A stretch of DNA of 64,000 bases, from the IMG/VR virus record IMGVR_UViG_3300029977_000134. One strand, 5' to 3'. This stretch comes from an uncultured virus (IMG/VR IMGVR_UViG_3300029977_000134). Taxonomy: Duplodnaviria > Heunggongvirae > Uroviricota > Caudoviricetes. Below, piece after piece: positions 28,972 to 39,292 of the stretch (positions within the stretch are counted from its first letter, which is position 1; each line of letters begins with the position of its first letter). Position numbers and translations under genes: made by a program. The notes below the pieces were generated by a model, which saw only the letters and a program-made list of their open reading frames with translations, had not been told where the DNA came from and ran no database searches.

Positions 28972-30399
28972 ATGGATATTTTGTTAGACAAAAACATAGA
29001 CATTGAAGAAGTGAGGAGGCGGACTTTACAGTTCGCCTCCTCAATGAAGAGGATGTTGGTTCTGCTTGAGAAGATGGACTTTTACTCCTTCTTCTATTTC
29101 ATCTGCGCTGAGGATTTTGACCCTAAAGTCCCGATAATGGCTATGAGTTATAGGGATATGATTTCCTTCGCTTTACCGACGGTTGTTTATGGAACTGGGC
29201 TTATACCTTTTATTGAGAAAGCCCTTGAGAGAGACCCTCACATTGCTGACAGCTTTGTAAAGGAAGTGAAGAAGGCGAGAACTGTAAGCAAAGAGAATGA
29301 AGAGTTGTTAAAGCGGTTCTTTATCTTCAGAGAACTTGTAAAGCATGAGGTAATTCATTATATTAACTTGCACTTACCAAGAACCATTGAATTTTTCAAA
29401 AAGAAAGGTTTTCAACAGATCCCTGAACCACTTTTTATGATGTCTAACATTGCGGCTGACAGTATTTGTAATATTTACCTCGACAAGAAGGTTGTTGAAA
29501 AAGTAGGGTTAGTTCCACCGCTTGACAAGGAAGTTCAACTTGAGAAGTTGCTTGAAGAACTGCTGAAAGATACCAAGTTTAAGATGGTTTTTATGGGGGG
29601 CGGTTCAGGATCAGGTAATAAAGATAACAAAGGGAATGGCGGTGGTGGGGCTGTTGAAGATTTTAAGAATGGGGATAAAGGTTTTCCCGACCTATCTTAT
29701 GATGACTTACGGGATCTTTCAAAACATGACCTTGAGAGGCTTAAGGAAGTAATGGGACAGGTGGTTGAAAAGACTATTGGGGATTACAAAAAATCTAATA
29801 AGACCATAGGCAGTATCCCTGGTGAGGTTGAGGAGACCATTAAGTGGCTTAAAAAGAAAAGGATTAAGTTTAGGATTATAGGTGATGACAACATATTTGG
29901 ATTGTTCAGGGAGGTTGAAAGAACCTATTTAGCTTATAATCCTCTGAATAGTAATAAAAATGGGCTGGTTTTCCCTTCCTATAGACCGCTTGGTGGCTTT
30001 ATAGTTGCGGTTATAGTTGATACTTCGGGTTCTATGGGTGCTGAGGAACTTGGTTATTCGCTTGACCTTATAAATGGACTTATTAAACAGGCGGAGACTT
30101 ACCTTGTAGAGATTGACACAACCATTCAACAGGTTAGAAAGGTTGGACAGGTAAAAGAAGAATTTACCTTTAAGGGTAGAGGTGGAACTTCCTTTACCGA
30201 CCTTGAGAGGTTAAATAAACTTTTACCCGCAAGGGAGGTTAAGGTTTGTATACTTCTTACGGATGGTTATGTTAATGAGTTTCCTAAACAAAACCCATTG
30301 CCTGGTGCTAAATGGATAGGTGTAACAACTTCGCAAGTCCCTAAAAACTCTCCAAGCTGGATAACCTGGTTTAAGGTTGAGGAAGTTATAGAAGATTAA
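28972..30399 (+). CDS. HExxH metallopeptidase-like + VWA domain protein (DUF2201-like, copy 1)
   Basis: KHEVIH..H, Gly-rich linker, MIDAS DTSGS, GRGGT, LTDG; follows the MoxR ATPase. Confidence 0.85.
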   Translation: MDILLDKNIDIEEVRRRTLQFASSMKRMLVLLEKMDFYSFFYFICAEDFDPKVPIMAMSYRDMISFALPTVVYGTGLIPFIEKALERDPHIADSFVKEVKKARTVSKENEELLKRFFIFRELVKHEVIHYINLHLPRTIEFFKKKGFQQIPEPLFMMSNIAADSICNIYLDKKVVEKVGLVPPLDKEVQLEKLLEELLKDTKFKMVFMGGGSGSGNKDNKGNGGGGAVEDFKNGDKGFPDLSYDDLRDLSKHDLERLKEVMGQVVEKTIGDYKKSNKTIGSIPGEVEETIKWLKKKRIKFRIIGDDNIFGLFREVERTYLAYNPLNSNKNGLVFPSYRPLGGFIVAVIVDTSGSMGAEELGYSLDLINGLIKQAETYLVEIDTTIQQVRKVGQVKEEFTFKGRGGTSFTDLERLNKLLPAREVKVCILLTDGYVNEFPKQNPLPGAKWIGVTTSQVPKNSPSWITWFKVEEVIED

Positions 30400-30418
30400 A
30401 AACAATAGGAGGGTTAAA

Positions 30419-31081
30419 ATGAAAAGCTTTAAACTCGATTTTCAAAACTTGGTGGGGGGAGCAGTTGCTCTGCTCCCCCTTATGGAAGATAAAAATATTC
30501 CTTCAGTGATAAACATTAAAAACCTTCAATACCTTGTAATTCCAAAAGCTTTATTATTCTTTGATTATTTCACTAAACCTATTTTTAAATCCCCTAAAAT
30601 TTCAGAGAGTTCTATTATCACCATTGAAGACTTTAACACTTACGATATTGTCAAGGTTGAAAAAGCTCATATAAACCTTTTTTCAGCTGTAAAAATGATA
30701 TTAAGTATTGACCTTTTTGTTGACCCTTCCGATAGGTCTTTTTTAGTGGGAACTTTAAAATCACACCCGATCACTGAAGTGTTCCCCCCTTATAGATATT
30801 TAACAGAGGTTTTACCTTTCGACCTCAGCAATAAAGCGGATAATAGAATTTTAAATGTTGTCAGTTCTTCACTTCAGGTTATTTCATTTTCAACCGCTTT
30901 ACTGACTTTCCTTTATACTATGTATAACCTGGATGGCGGTATTAAGATTATAAGCAACACCGATGGGAGCGGGAGGGCTGTTGATTATATATATGCGGTA
31001 AGGGATAGGTTAAAGGTTGTAGGCGGGAATTTCATTGAGGCGGTAGAGAATTTAAGGATCTTACACACTGTCTTATTATAA
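30419..31081 (+). CDS. Paralog superfamily, subfamily B (about 220 aa)
   Basis: LP(F/Y)DL, T.LYT.YN and G.NFIEAVENL motifs shared with 45898-48640 and 51976. Confidence 0.8.
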   Translation: MKSFKLDFQNLVGGAVALLPLMEDKNIPSVINIKNLQYLVIPKALLFFDYFTKPIFKSPKISESSIITIEDFNTYDIVKVEKAHINLFSAVKMILSIDLFVDPSDRSFLVGTLKSHPITEVFPPYRYLTEVLPFDLSNKADNRILNVVSSSLQVISFSTALLTFLYTMYNLDGGIKIISNTDGSGRAVDYIYAVRDRLKVVGGNFIEAVENLRILHTVLL

Positions 31082-31146
31082 AGTTTTAAGCTTTTTAACC
31101 ATTTTATTTGTAAAACTTGTAAGTGGTTTAAAGTGGGGGGTTTAAA

Positions 31147-31959
31147 ATGGCTTTAGTAAAAATAGGCGAGACGGAAGGTATAGAATTGCAAGATGTTATA
31201 CATTTATACAATTTTTTAGGTAATGTCTTAAAGTGGGATAGGGAGGAATTTAGAAAGTATTCAAAGAACAAGTTTCCCTGGTGTTCAAGTTTGACCTGTC
31301 AGGTTATGATGCATCCAAAGTTTATACTTCTTCCAAAGTATACTTATTCACATCTTCCCTATGGAGTTATGGAACTTGTTAGAAAAGGGGTATTAGATAT
31401 TAAGTTTGCGGATAAGATAGAACCTAAATACTTTACGACCTATGATATTTACCGTTTTGAACCTTCGGAAGACCCTTGCGACCTTGTAGGTGGGTTTGAG
31501 ATTGAACTCAGGTTTAACCCTTCAGATGAAGATAAAGAAAAGGTGGAATTGTCAAGTATGTATACGGGGATAATTGGTTATGAGGTAAAGGGGGATTGCA
31601 AGGATAAAAGGATATGTCGGGGCAACTTTTACCTCGAGTTCTTTGGTTATAGAAACTGGATTATTAACCTTAAAAGTGGTGTCGAGGTATTGTCAATGGT
31701 TATTGGTGAGGGTTACTCTAAATATAGAAGGGATGGCTTTTATTCACATAAAAACAAGGTTTCAAAAGGGGCTGAAGATGTTGAATATACCCTTTTAAAC
31801 CTTCTTAACCTTACCTATATTCTTTATACTGAAGGGTTCGATAAAAGTATACCTGAATATAAACTCTTTGAGCCGATTATTAAGCTGTTCAGGGAATTTG
31901 GCAACACTTTCGACAAGGTTATAGCTTCTATACGGGCTTTTTCACACATAATAGACTGA
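31147..31959 (+). CDS. Paralog superfamily, subfamily A1
   Basis: Close paralog of 39925 and 50277 (LSSMYTGI, GNFYL, LFEP..GNTF). Confidence 0.85.
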   Translation: MALVKIGETEGIELQDVIHLYNFLGNVLKWDREEFRKYSKNKFPWCSSLTCQVMMHPKFILLPKYTYSHLPYGVMELVRKGVLDIKFADKIEPKYFTTYDIYRFEPSEDPCDLVGGFEIELRFNPSDEDKEKVELSSMYTGIIGYEVKGDCKDKRICRGNFYLEFFGYRNWIINLKSGVEVLSMVIGEGYSKYRRDGFYSHKNKVSKGAEDVEYTLLNLLNLTYILYTEGFDKSIPEYKLFEPIIKLFREFGNTFDKVIASIRAFSHIID

Positions 31960-31988
31960 CAATGGAACTCCTCTATAAATCAGGGAAT

Positions 31989-32017
31989 TTGACAATCCAA
32001 GCTTGACAGTGTATAAT
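31989..32017 (+). promoter_or_regulatory. sigma70 promoter
   Basis: TTGACA-17-TATAAT. Confidence 0.9.
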
Positions 32018-32047
32018 TTAATCACTAACAAAACAGGAGGTTAAAAA

Positions 32048-32965
32048 ATGAATAAAATAAACAGTAAAACTGTGAAAGTGCTTGGTGGGGTAGAAAATGT
32101 GTTGATGGATGCACTCTCCCCTGTATTTCCAAAGGATACCCTGGCTTTCTATACTGTTAGAATTGAGGAGTTCGCAAAGCTTTCAAAGTATAGGGCTATG
32201 TTTAAAGACCATCCACTTTACTATGGAACTTATAGTAAGACTGAAGAGGAATTAAGACAGGGTGTAGGTATTATACTTGATTCAATTTCTTTCGACAAGT
32301 GGGAACTTACACTCTCGGTTTTATTCAAAGGCTTTAAGGTTACGGGGGACGCTTCTTTCATTGGTGATGTAAGTAAATTTTACATACCTGGCGGACTTAT
32401 CTATTCCATAATCAATAACAGGATAGAGACTTCAATTCCTAAGGACTTCCTTAATACCATAGTTGAAGTTAACATACCTGCGGTGGCTTCCTTTGGTATG
32501 CATGAGACCTCAACCGCTTACGGTAAAAAGTTTTTAGTTATGCACATTACTTATCTGTTTAAAGGCTTTAATAGATACCTTACCGTAAAACCATTTGTAT
32601 ACTCAGGTTATCATGGATCGCTTGAGGATAAGACCATTACCTTAAGGTTTTTTGAGTTCTTCCTGAATTTAACACAGTTTTTCAATGAGAATGAAAAAGT
32701 AGAACCTTACTTCTGGGGTGTCAGAGAACCTGAAGTTCTTACTGACCTTATCTTTGAACACTTCAAAGATTATAGCTCAATAGACTTTGTTCATGAGCAT
32801 GGAGCAAAGATTATACCGCAATTAAACCTTATTACCTCTGACCCCTTTGTCGTAGAACAGGTTAACAAGGCTTACACAAGGGCAAGGACTTCTTTTCCTT
32901 TCCTTGGACAAGACCCTATAGAGGCTTTAGAAAACTTTGTTAGGTTGATAAAGCTTGTAGGATAA
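32048..32965 (+). CDS. Paralog superfamily, subfamily C
   Basis: Same conserved blocks as 26937. Confidence 0.85.
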   Translation: MNKINSKTVKVLGGVENVLMDALSPVFPKDTLAFYTVRIEEFAKLSKYRAMFKDHPLYYGTYSKTEEELRQGVGIILDSISFDKWELTLSVLFKGFKVTGDASFIGDVSKFYIPGGLIYSIINNRIETSIPKDFLNTIVEVNIPAVASFGMHETSTAYGKKFLVMHITYLFKGFNRYLTVKPFVYSGYHGSLEDKTITLRFFEFFLNLTQFFNENEKVEPYFWGVREPEVLTDLIFEHFKDYSSIDFVHEHGAKIIPQLNLITSDPFVVEQVNKAYTRARTSFPFLGQDPIEALENFVRLIKLVG

Positions 32966-32977
32966 CAAGGGGGTAAA

Positions 32978-33739
32978 ATGAAAGTTGAAAAAACTGGACA
33001 GGTTGTAAAGGTGGACATAAATTACACACCTAACCTTCATAAGTTTATTGACTCGATAAGCTGGAATGTGGAAGATTTCATTAACCTTGCTGGGAACAAA
33101 GTAAGTCCAAGCTCTCGCATAGAACTTCAGGTTGTTATTGAACCTGACTTTCTTTTACTTCCCGCTTATAAGTATTTACCTATACCTAATGAGTTTGTTT
33201 TATCTAAAATTGAGTTTGAACCTAAGTATGAAGACAGGATAAAAATTGAAAACCTTTCAACTTTCGAGGTATGCAAAGTTGTAAATAATTTTAATGATGT
33301 TAACATAACAATTGAGGTAGGGCTTCATTTAAGTTCTGGGATTGTAAAACCATGGATGGTAGGGGTTAACTTTGAATTCGGACCTAAAAATGATTATAGG
33401 TGGTTCTTTGAATACAGTTATGCAAGTTCGCTTGATACAAGTTTTGTACGGTATGAGGATTATTTTAAAACTTTAAGGTGGGCAAGGGGTAGAAGGTATT
33501 CGAATTTTGCTCGGCTGGGTTGCAATTCTAATGTATTTCACAACCTTTATAGTATTGAAAAACTCGCCTTTGCTTTTACAAACTTCCTTTATACTCTATA
33601 CATTCTGGACACTTCTAAAGATAAGGCTTCCTTTGAATACAACCTTTTTAAACCTTATGCTGACCTTTTACGGAGTTATGGGAATACCTTTGAGGGGGCT
33701 TTGTCAATTGTAAATGAGGCAATGGTTCTTATGGTTTAA
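32978..33739 (+). CDS. Paralog superfamily, subfamily A
   Basis: MKVEKTG, LLP.Y.Y, ENLS.F, LRWARGR.YS, NFLYTLY, YGNTFE. Confidence 0.85.
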   Translation: MKVEKTGQVVKVDINYTPNLHKFIDSISWNVEDFINLAGNKVSPSSRIELQVVIEPDFLLLPAYKYLPIPNEFVLSKIEFEPKYEDRIKIENLSTFEVCKVVNNFNDVNITIEVGLHLSSGIVKPWMVGVNFEFGPKNDYRWFFEYSYASSLDTSFVRYEDYFKTLRWARGRRYSNFARLGCNSNVFHNLYSIEKLAFAFTNFLYTLYILDTSKDKASFEYNLFKPYADLLRSYGNTFEGALSIVNEAMVLMV

Positions 33740-33757
33740 GGTAAAAGGAGGGTAAGA

Positions 33758-34528
33758 ATGAAAGTTGAAAAAACAGGTAAGGTGGTAGTTGTAAAACCTG
33801 AAGATGTAATACCGCTCCATAGGTTTATGTATAGACTTATGGAACTTGACCCCGATTTTTACCTTAACACTATAGGTAAAGTTAGAGAACCTAATTCAAA
33901 GTTAAGCATTGACCACATAGCTCCGACTAAACCCCGATACCTTTTAATTCCATTTTATAGGTATTTTCCGCTTCCTGCGGATGAGGTTGTAGAAAGGCTT
34001 GGTGTTGAATTTCAGACTGAAGATAAGATAAAGCTTGAGAACCTTTCAGTTTTCAATGTGTATAAGGTTATTGAAGGTGGGGATAACAGTATTGATGTTT
34101 TCCTTGAGGTTTTGTTTGAACTTGGACACAAGATGGAGAAGGCGAGGGTATGGGGAACTTGGATTTACTTTATAATATACGGTAAAGAGAATGACAGGCG
34201 GCATTATAATGGAGTTGCAACAGATGTAGGGCTTTCATTTTATAGCGATTATTTAAGGACTTTAAGGTGGGCGAGGGGTAGAAAGTATTCGAGTTTTTCT
34301 TATGGGAATAATACGGGTTCAAAGGTTATCAATAGTATTCACAATTTAGGGACTAATCTATTCGCACTTGTAAATCTTTTTTATAATCTATACATTGGTG
34401 ACTGGCTTGAGGTTAGTGAGACTAATTATAAGCTTATTAAACCTTTTTCCGACCTTTTACGGAGTTACGGCAATACCTTTGAAGAAGTTTTATCAACTAT
34501 AAGGGAAGTTACGGTTATTGTAGATTAA
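33758..34528 (+). CDS. Paralog superfamily, subfamily A
   Basis: Same motifs as 32978. Confidence 0.85.
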   Translation: MKVEKTGKVVVVKPEDVIPLHRFMYRLMELDPDFYLNTIGKVREPNSKLSIDHIAPTKPRYLLIPFYRYFPLPADEVVERLGVEFQTEDKIKLENLSVFNVYKVIEGGDNSIDVFLEVLFELGHKMEKARVWGTWIYFIIYGKENDRRHYNGVATDVGLSFYSDYLRTLRWARGRKYSSFSYGNNTGSKVINSIHNLGTNLFALVNLFYNLYIGDWLEVSETNYKLIKPFSDLLRSYGNTFEEVLSTIREVTVIVD

Positions 34529-34553
34529 ATTTTTAATTAAAAAGGGGGTAAAA

Positions 34554-35323
34554 ATGAAAGTTGAAAAAACAGGTAAGGTTATAAAAGCCGAACCAAGATA
34601 CGCTAAAGTTTTGAGTAAGTTTTTGGCGGACTTCTTTGAATGGGACATTAATGACTATCTTAACCTCACCAAGAAGAAAGCTGAACCCGATGGAACTATA
34701 AGTCATACTTTCTATATTAAACCTGACTTTCTTTTACTCCCCGCTTACAGGTATTCACCTATACCTAATAGTAAAATTGTAAATGAAATTGGGGTTGAGC
34801 CTAAATATGATGATATAATAAGAATTGAGAACCTTTCGCTTTTTGATGAATACCGAATTGTTAATAAGTATAGTAAAGTTTCTGATATTGAAATTAAAGT
34901 TTGGGCTTCTTCCTGTTTTGAGTGTAAAAAAGTGAAGATATGGGGTGATGTTGGGGTTGAATTTACAATTGTCTCTGATGGTATTTATGAATCTTGCAGT
35001 TACGGAGTCAGCACTGGCTTAAGTCTTGCGTTCTTTGATGAGAATTTCAAAACATTGAGGTGGGCGAGGGGTAGAAAGTATTCAGACTTTTTATGGAAGA
35101 GTGAGGGTAGGTCACAGGTAGTCCACAGTTTATATAATATTGAATTTATCATGTTTTCCCTTTTAAACTTTTTTTTTACACTTTATATAATGGGAATGGG
35201 TTTAGACCTAATACTGCTGAATACAACCTTTTCAAACCTTATATAGACCTTTTACAAAGTTATGGCAACACTTTTGAGGAGGTGTTGTCAACTATAAATG
35301 AGGCAATGGTTTTTACTTGGTAA
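34554..35323 (+). pseudogene. Paralog superfamily, subfamily A, frameshifted at a T9 tract
   Basis: Conserved C-terminus (YTLYNG..EYNLFKPY.DLLQSYGNTFEEVLST) lies in another frame after T9 at 35169-35177 and ends at TAA 35321-35323. Confidence 0.75.
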
Positions 35324-35357
35324 AGTTTTTGACCTTTAAACTGAAAAAGGAGGAAGT

Positions 35358-36098
35358 ATGGGAGAAATCATAAAAGTAGAACCAAGAGACCTTGTATACA
35401 TTTATCCCTTTATAAGGGATACTTTTATGTGGGTGGGTGAAGAAAATTACAAGCTTGCTGAAAAGCTTGCAAGGAGTATTGAACTTCGAGGCATTTACAG
35501 AATTCAACTCACACCAAGTTTTATCTTGCTCCCTCAGTATAGGTATTCAGACTCCGCTTTGAGGGATAGGTTTGGTTTTGATGTTAAGTATGATAGTATA
35601 ATAAAACTTGAAAACCTTTCTACTTTTACAGTTCAAAGGCTTCCCGATGACTTGGACTATAAAATAGATATGTTGCTTGATACGGGTTATGATTATACCC
35701 GTAACGACTGGTGGGTGAGGCTGTGGAAGCTGGAGGTTATGGTTAAACCAAAGATTAGAGATAGTAGAGAACCATTTTACAATTGGATATTTTTAAACCT
35801 GGATGTTGAACGCATTGACCTCGAGAAAATACTTAAAACTGTGAACTGGGCTCAAGGTAAACTCTATTCTAAATTCTCGAGTAGAGCGAATTCTTTAGTG
35901 GTTGATAGAATTGACTTTGTTGAGAGATCCCTTTTTATTTTTCTAAACTTTCTTTATACCCTTTATACCGACACATTTAGCAAAGAAGACCCTGAACACA
36001 AACTTTTTGATCCTTTTGTTGAGACCTTAAGAGGTTATGGTGATACTTTTGAAGACTTGTTATTTACCATAAAGGAATTAATGATTTTCACTGGATAA
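35358..36098 (+). CDS. Paralog superfamily, subfamily A
   Basis: LLPQYRYS, ENLS.F, NFLYTLY, YGDTFE. Confidence 0.85.
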   Translation: MGEIIKVEPRDLVYIYPFIRDTFMWVGEENYKLAEKLARSIELRGIYRIQLTPSFILLPQYRYSDSALRDRFGFDVKYDSIIKLENLSTFTVQRLPDDLDYKIDMLLDTGYDYTRNDWWVRLWKLEVMVKPKIRDSREPFYNWIFLNLDVERIDLEKILKTVNWAQGKLYSKFSSRANSLVVDRIDFVERSLFIFLNFLYTLYTDTFSKEDPEHKLFDPFVETLRGYGDTFEDLLFTIKELMIFTG

Positions 36099-36146
36099 GG
36101 TTTTTAACTTTTAAACTGTGGGATACGGATTTACCTTAATAAAACG

Positions 36147-36192
36147 ATAACCCGAAGAGGTTCTATCCGACCTATCTCGGGTTATTTTTTTT
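36147..36192. terminator. Probable terminator between convergent genes
   Basis: ATAACCCGA..TCGGGTTAT hairpin followed by a T-run. Confidence 0.6.
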
Positions 36193-36245
36193 AAGGAATT
36201 TACCAACTTAACTCTTTAAGATAGTTATCCCGATAGCCGAGTTAA

Positions 36246-36569
36246 TTACATAACCTCGACCTTCATTATCTTATAGGGTAAGCTTTTTATCTCCTCTTCA
36301 GTTAAAACCTTACCCTCTTCAAGCCTCTTTAGGAGCTGGAATACTATTAATACATCACCTTTTTGAAGCTTTACTTCAATTCTGTTGAAAAGAACGGGAA
36401 TGTCAAGTAGTTTAGAGAGAATGTCAGCGGTTGCCTGGTGACCTACCGCACTGATAAAACCACCTGATAGGATGTTTTTTGCCTCCTGTAAGGAGATTTC
36501 AGAGACTTTTAGTTGAACTTCAGAAGCATTTAGCATATTTAGAGAGAATGCATTACCAAGATATACCAT
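36246..36569 (-). CDS. acrIII-1: Anti-CRISPR viral ring nuclease AcrIII-1 (DUF1874 / STIV B116 / SIRV1 gp29 family)
   Basis: YLGNAFSLNML, SAVGH (catalytic His), NR.E.KL, RLEEGKVLT match the family signature (SIRV1 gp29: YLANAFSINML..SIGH..NRVEIKL..RLEEGKILT). Confidence 0.92.
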   Translation of the reverse strand: MVYLGNAFSLNMLNASEVQLKVSEISLQEAKNILSGGFISAVGHQATADILSKLLDIPVLFNRIEVKLQKGDVLIVFQLLKRLEEGKVLTEEEIKSLPYKIMKVEVM

Positions 36570-36592
36570 TTTACACCCCCTTTTAAAAAACT

Positions 36593-36763
36593 TTATTCTT
36601 CATCTTGTGAATAAATGATAGCCGCACAAAAAACCATAATTACAATAGCTATCACAAAACTTATGAAAGCCTCAACAAAGTTATGTCTTGAGAAGAAAAA
36701 GAAACTTCTCCAAAGCATACCAAGGAAGCATATTAGCAGTGCATAGAAAATTGCTGTTTCCAT
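36593..36763 (-). CDS. Small membrane protein (56 aa, two hydrophobic helices)
   Basis: GGAGG RBS + ATG 36763; lies between the promoter and acrIII-1. Confidence 0.7.
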   Translation of the reverse strand: METAIFYALLICFLGMLWRSFFFFSRHNFVEAFISFVIAIVIMVFCAAIIYSQDEE

Positions 36764-36788
36764 CTTGCCTCCTTTGTTAAGTGTGTAT

Positions 36789-36817
36789 ATTATAATTGAC
36801 AAGGTATGGATTGTCAA
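36789..36817 (-). promoter_or_regulatory. sigma70 promoter for the acrIII-1 cassette
   Basis: TTGACA-17-TATAAT on - strand. Confidence 0.85.
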
Positions 36818-36908
36818 GTTACCGCTTCTTACCTTGGATTCCATGGGGTGGTTGACAAACCACTACCTTTACCACATAAGTTACACAGACAATCAAGGAG
36901 GTCAAAAG

Positions 36909-37682
36909 ATGATAAACCTCGAGAAAACTGGAAAAACAATAAATATAGACCTTGTCGATACTATTCCAATTGTTAGGTTTCTTAAGGATCTCTTAGTGTG
37001 GGATATAGTGGATGGATACCTTAGTTTTTCAGGGGAGAAAGCAGTTCCAATACCTTCTCCATCCCCGATACCTGAAGAGTATTCCTTTGCTTTTTATCCA
37101 AGGTCTATATTAATTCCTACAACTCGATATTCTTACTATCTTGGGGAAGTTGGGAAAAACCTTAGAGTTCATATTGAGAGGGAAGGGGTTATAAAAGCCT
37201 ACAGTCCATTACAACTCGACGCCTACAGATTTAACGGGGAATTTCACGGTGGGAATCCGAAGGTTGAAATAAAGCTTAACATTGAACTTGGTATAGACAA
37301 AAGTAAAGCTTGGGCTTGGGGAATAACGATTAGGGCTAAGGCAAAAAATGAACTTGAATCTTATTATTATCCATTGTTTTTCTATGCTACAAATATTGAA
37401 ATAAAATACCTTGAAGAAAGTTTGAATACACTGATACGATCGGATGGAATGTGGTATAGAGATTTAGAAAAGGAAAGCCCCTCTTCAGCAATTGCGATTG
37501 GAAACCTTGAAAACATCTTGTTTGTCTCTATAAACTTCCTTTACTCCATCTACAACGGTGAATTTGAGGAAGATACCAATGAGTATAAGGTTCTTGCTCC
37601 AATTACAAAACTTCTTCACACTTACGGTGAAGATTTTGAGACGGTGCTGTCAGTTGTAAAAGAGGTCGCAACGATTTTATAA
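36909..37682 (+). CDS. Paralog superfamily, subfamily A
   Basis: ATG 36909 after AGGAGG; close paralog of 52692 (IVDGYLS..GEK). Confidence 0.85.
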   Translation: MINLEKTGKTINIDLVDTIPIVRFLKDLLVWDIVDGYLSFSGEKAVPIPSPSPIPEEYSFAFYPRSILIPTTRYSYYLGEVGKNLRVHIEREGVIKAYSPLQLDAYRFNGEFHGGNPKVEIKLNIELGIDKSKAWAWGITIRAKAKNELESYYYPLFFYATNIEIKYLEESLNTLIRSDGMWYRDLEKESPSSAIAIGNLENILFVSINFLYSIYNGEFEEDTNEYKVLAPITKLLHTYGEDFETVLSVVKEVATIL

Positions 37683-37703
37683 TAGATAAGCAGGAGATAT
37701 AAG

Positions 37704-38471
37704 ATGGAAAATGTTGAAAAAACGATAAGAGTAAATCCAAACGATATTGTTAAGATTTCTAAGTTCATTGGCAGAGTTTTCGAATGTAGCAAGGATGAGT
37801 ATCTTGATGTGATGGAGGGTGTTGCAAAGAAAAGGGAAGGGGATAAGAGACTATTTTCAATCAGGATTATACCTAACTTTTTACTTGCTCCGATGTGTAG
37901 TTATTCGTTATATCCTTCAGAGATATTTACAAGAGTTCTCAGGTTTAAAATTTCATTCTGGGACGAAATAAACCCCGATAAATTTTTACCGTTCAAAGTC
38001 CTTAAAATTCCAAACTGGGTTAACGGGAGAATTGATGTAGTTGTCAGACCAGATTTTGGGGGAAAGGGGAGCGGGGTATTAAAATTGTGGGAAGTAAGTC
38101 TTGTTGTCGAGAGCGAATCCGTTGAAGAGAATGATAATATAGATCTTTCTGCTTATTTTGGAAGTCAGAGAGATGTTGAAATGCTTGAAACTTATTTAAA
38201 AATGTTTCATGAAAACAATGGTAAAAGCTTTTTCAGGATTAACCACTTTGACGCTCCAAGCGTCGGCTATGCAATTTACAGAATTGAAGAGTATACATTT
38301 GTTGCAATTAACTTCCTCTACACTTTGTATACGGGCGAATATGTCGGGGAATTTGGCGAAGAAGACCCACAGGTCAAATTTTTAGAACCGATTGTGGGAA
38401 TTTTAAAGGGTTATGGTAAAACATTTGAGGAGGTATTAGATTCTGTAAAAGTGGCTTCGGTTTTTGTATAA
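37704..38471 (+). CDS. Paralog superfamily, subfamily A
   Basis: Close paralog of 53482 (IIPNFLL, LYTLYTGEY, EVLDS...ASVF). Confidence 0.85.
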   Translation: MENVEKTIRVNPNDIVKISKFIGRVFECSKDEYLDVMEGVAKKREGDKRLFSIRIIPNFLLAPMCSYSLYPSEIFTRVLRFKISFWDEINPDKFLPFKVLKIPNWVNGRIDVVVRPDFGGKGSGVLKLWEVSLVVESESVEENDNIDLSAYFGSQRDVEMLETYLKMFHENNGKSFFRINHFDAPSVGYAIYRIEEYTFVAINFLYTLYTGEYVGEFGEEDPQVKFLEPIVGILKGYGKTFEEVLDSVKVASVFV

Positions 38472-38488
38472 CCGTTAAAGGGGGTTGA

Positions 38489-39169
38489 ATGAAAGTAAAA
38501 ATAGAGCTGACGGATGTCAAGGTTATCTTCAGGTTTATAAGAAACTTCTTAATATTTGATGAGGAAAAATTAATATCATTACGCACACCGAGAGTGTACA
38601 AACTTACAATCTACCCTAATTACCTGTTAGTTCCACTTTACAGGTATTCACATACACCTTTATTGAAAATACCCTGGGCTAAAGTCAAACATAAAAATAA
38701 GATAGACCCTGAAAACCTTTCGTATTTTAGAGTTGTCAAGCTTCCTGAAAATTCCAATGTAAAAATTGAGCTAAGTCTTGAACCCGACAACAATGGAAAA
38801 GATGCGACGGTTTGGGCGATGAGGATCAATATTGGAGATCCAACTTACCAGTTTACCGCTGTAATCGACAATGATGCAAACCCAGATTTCTTTGATGAGG
38901 ACCTTAGTGTGGTAAAATGGGCTAAGGGGAGGAGCTACGCTAAATATTCAAAGAAGACGGGTTCAAAGGTTGCTGACAGTATATACCGTTTTGAAGAGTT
39001 TCTCTTTATTGCTTCCAATTTATTGTATACTTTGTATAGTGGAGAATACCGTAAAGATGGAAAAATAGACAAGCTTCTTGCACCTTTCACAGAGCTTTTG
39101 CAAAGTTATGGTAAGACATTTGACGAAGCCTTGTCAACTATAAGGGAAACTATGGCACTAATGCTTTGA
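38489..39169 (+). CDS. Paralog superfamily, subfamily A
   Basis: Close paralog of 54271 (ENLSYFRVVKLPENS, WAKGRSY). Confidence 0.85.
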   Translation: MKVKIELTDVKVIFRFIRNFLIFDEEKLISLRTPRVYKLTIYPNYLLVPLYRYSHTPLLKIPWAKVKHKNKIDPENLSYFRVVKLPENSNVKIELSLEPDNNGKDATVWAMRINIGDPTYQFTAVIDNDANPDFFDEDLSVVKWAKGRSYAKYSKKTGSKVADSIYRFEEFLFIASNLLYTLYSGEYRKDGKIDKLLAPFTELLQSYGKTFDEALSTIRETMALML

Positions 39170-39292
39170 TTGTTTTTACCAAAAATGTTTTATTTTACCT
39201 ATTCCATTCGGCAAAATCGATCGACTTTACCAATCCGTTTCGATAAAAACCGACAACTTTTGGACTGCAAAGCAGTTGAAGAATCGGGAGGC

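Noticed and set aside
36852..36882. Rightward promoter for 36909
   Set aside because: TTGACA is present but the -10 is poor (CATAAG at 17 nt); plausible, but too weak to list
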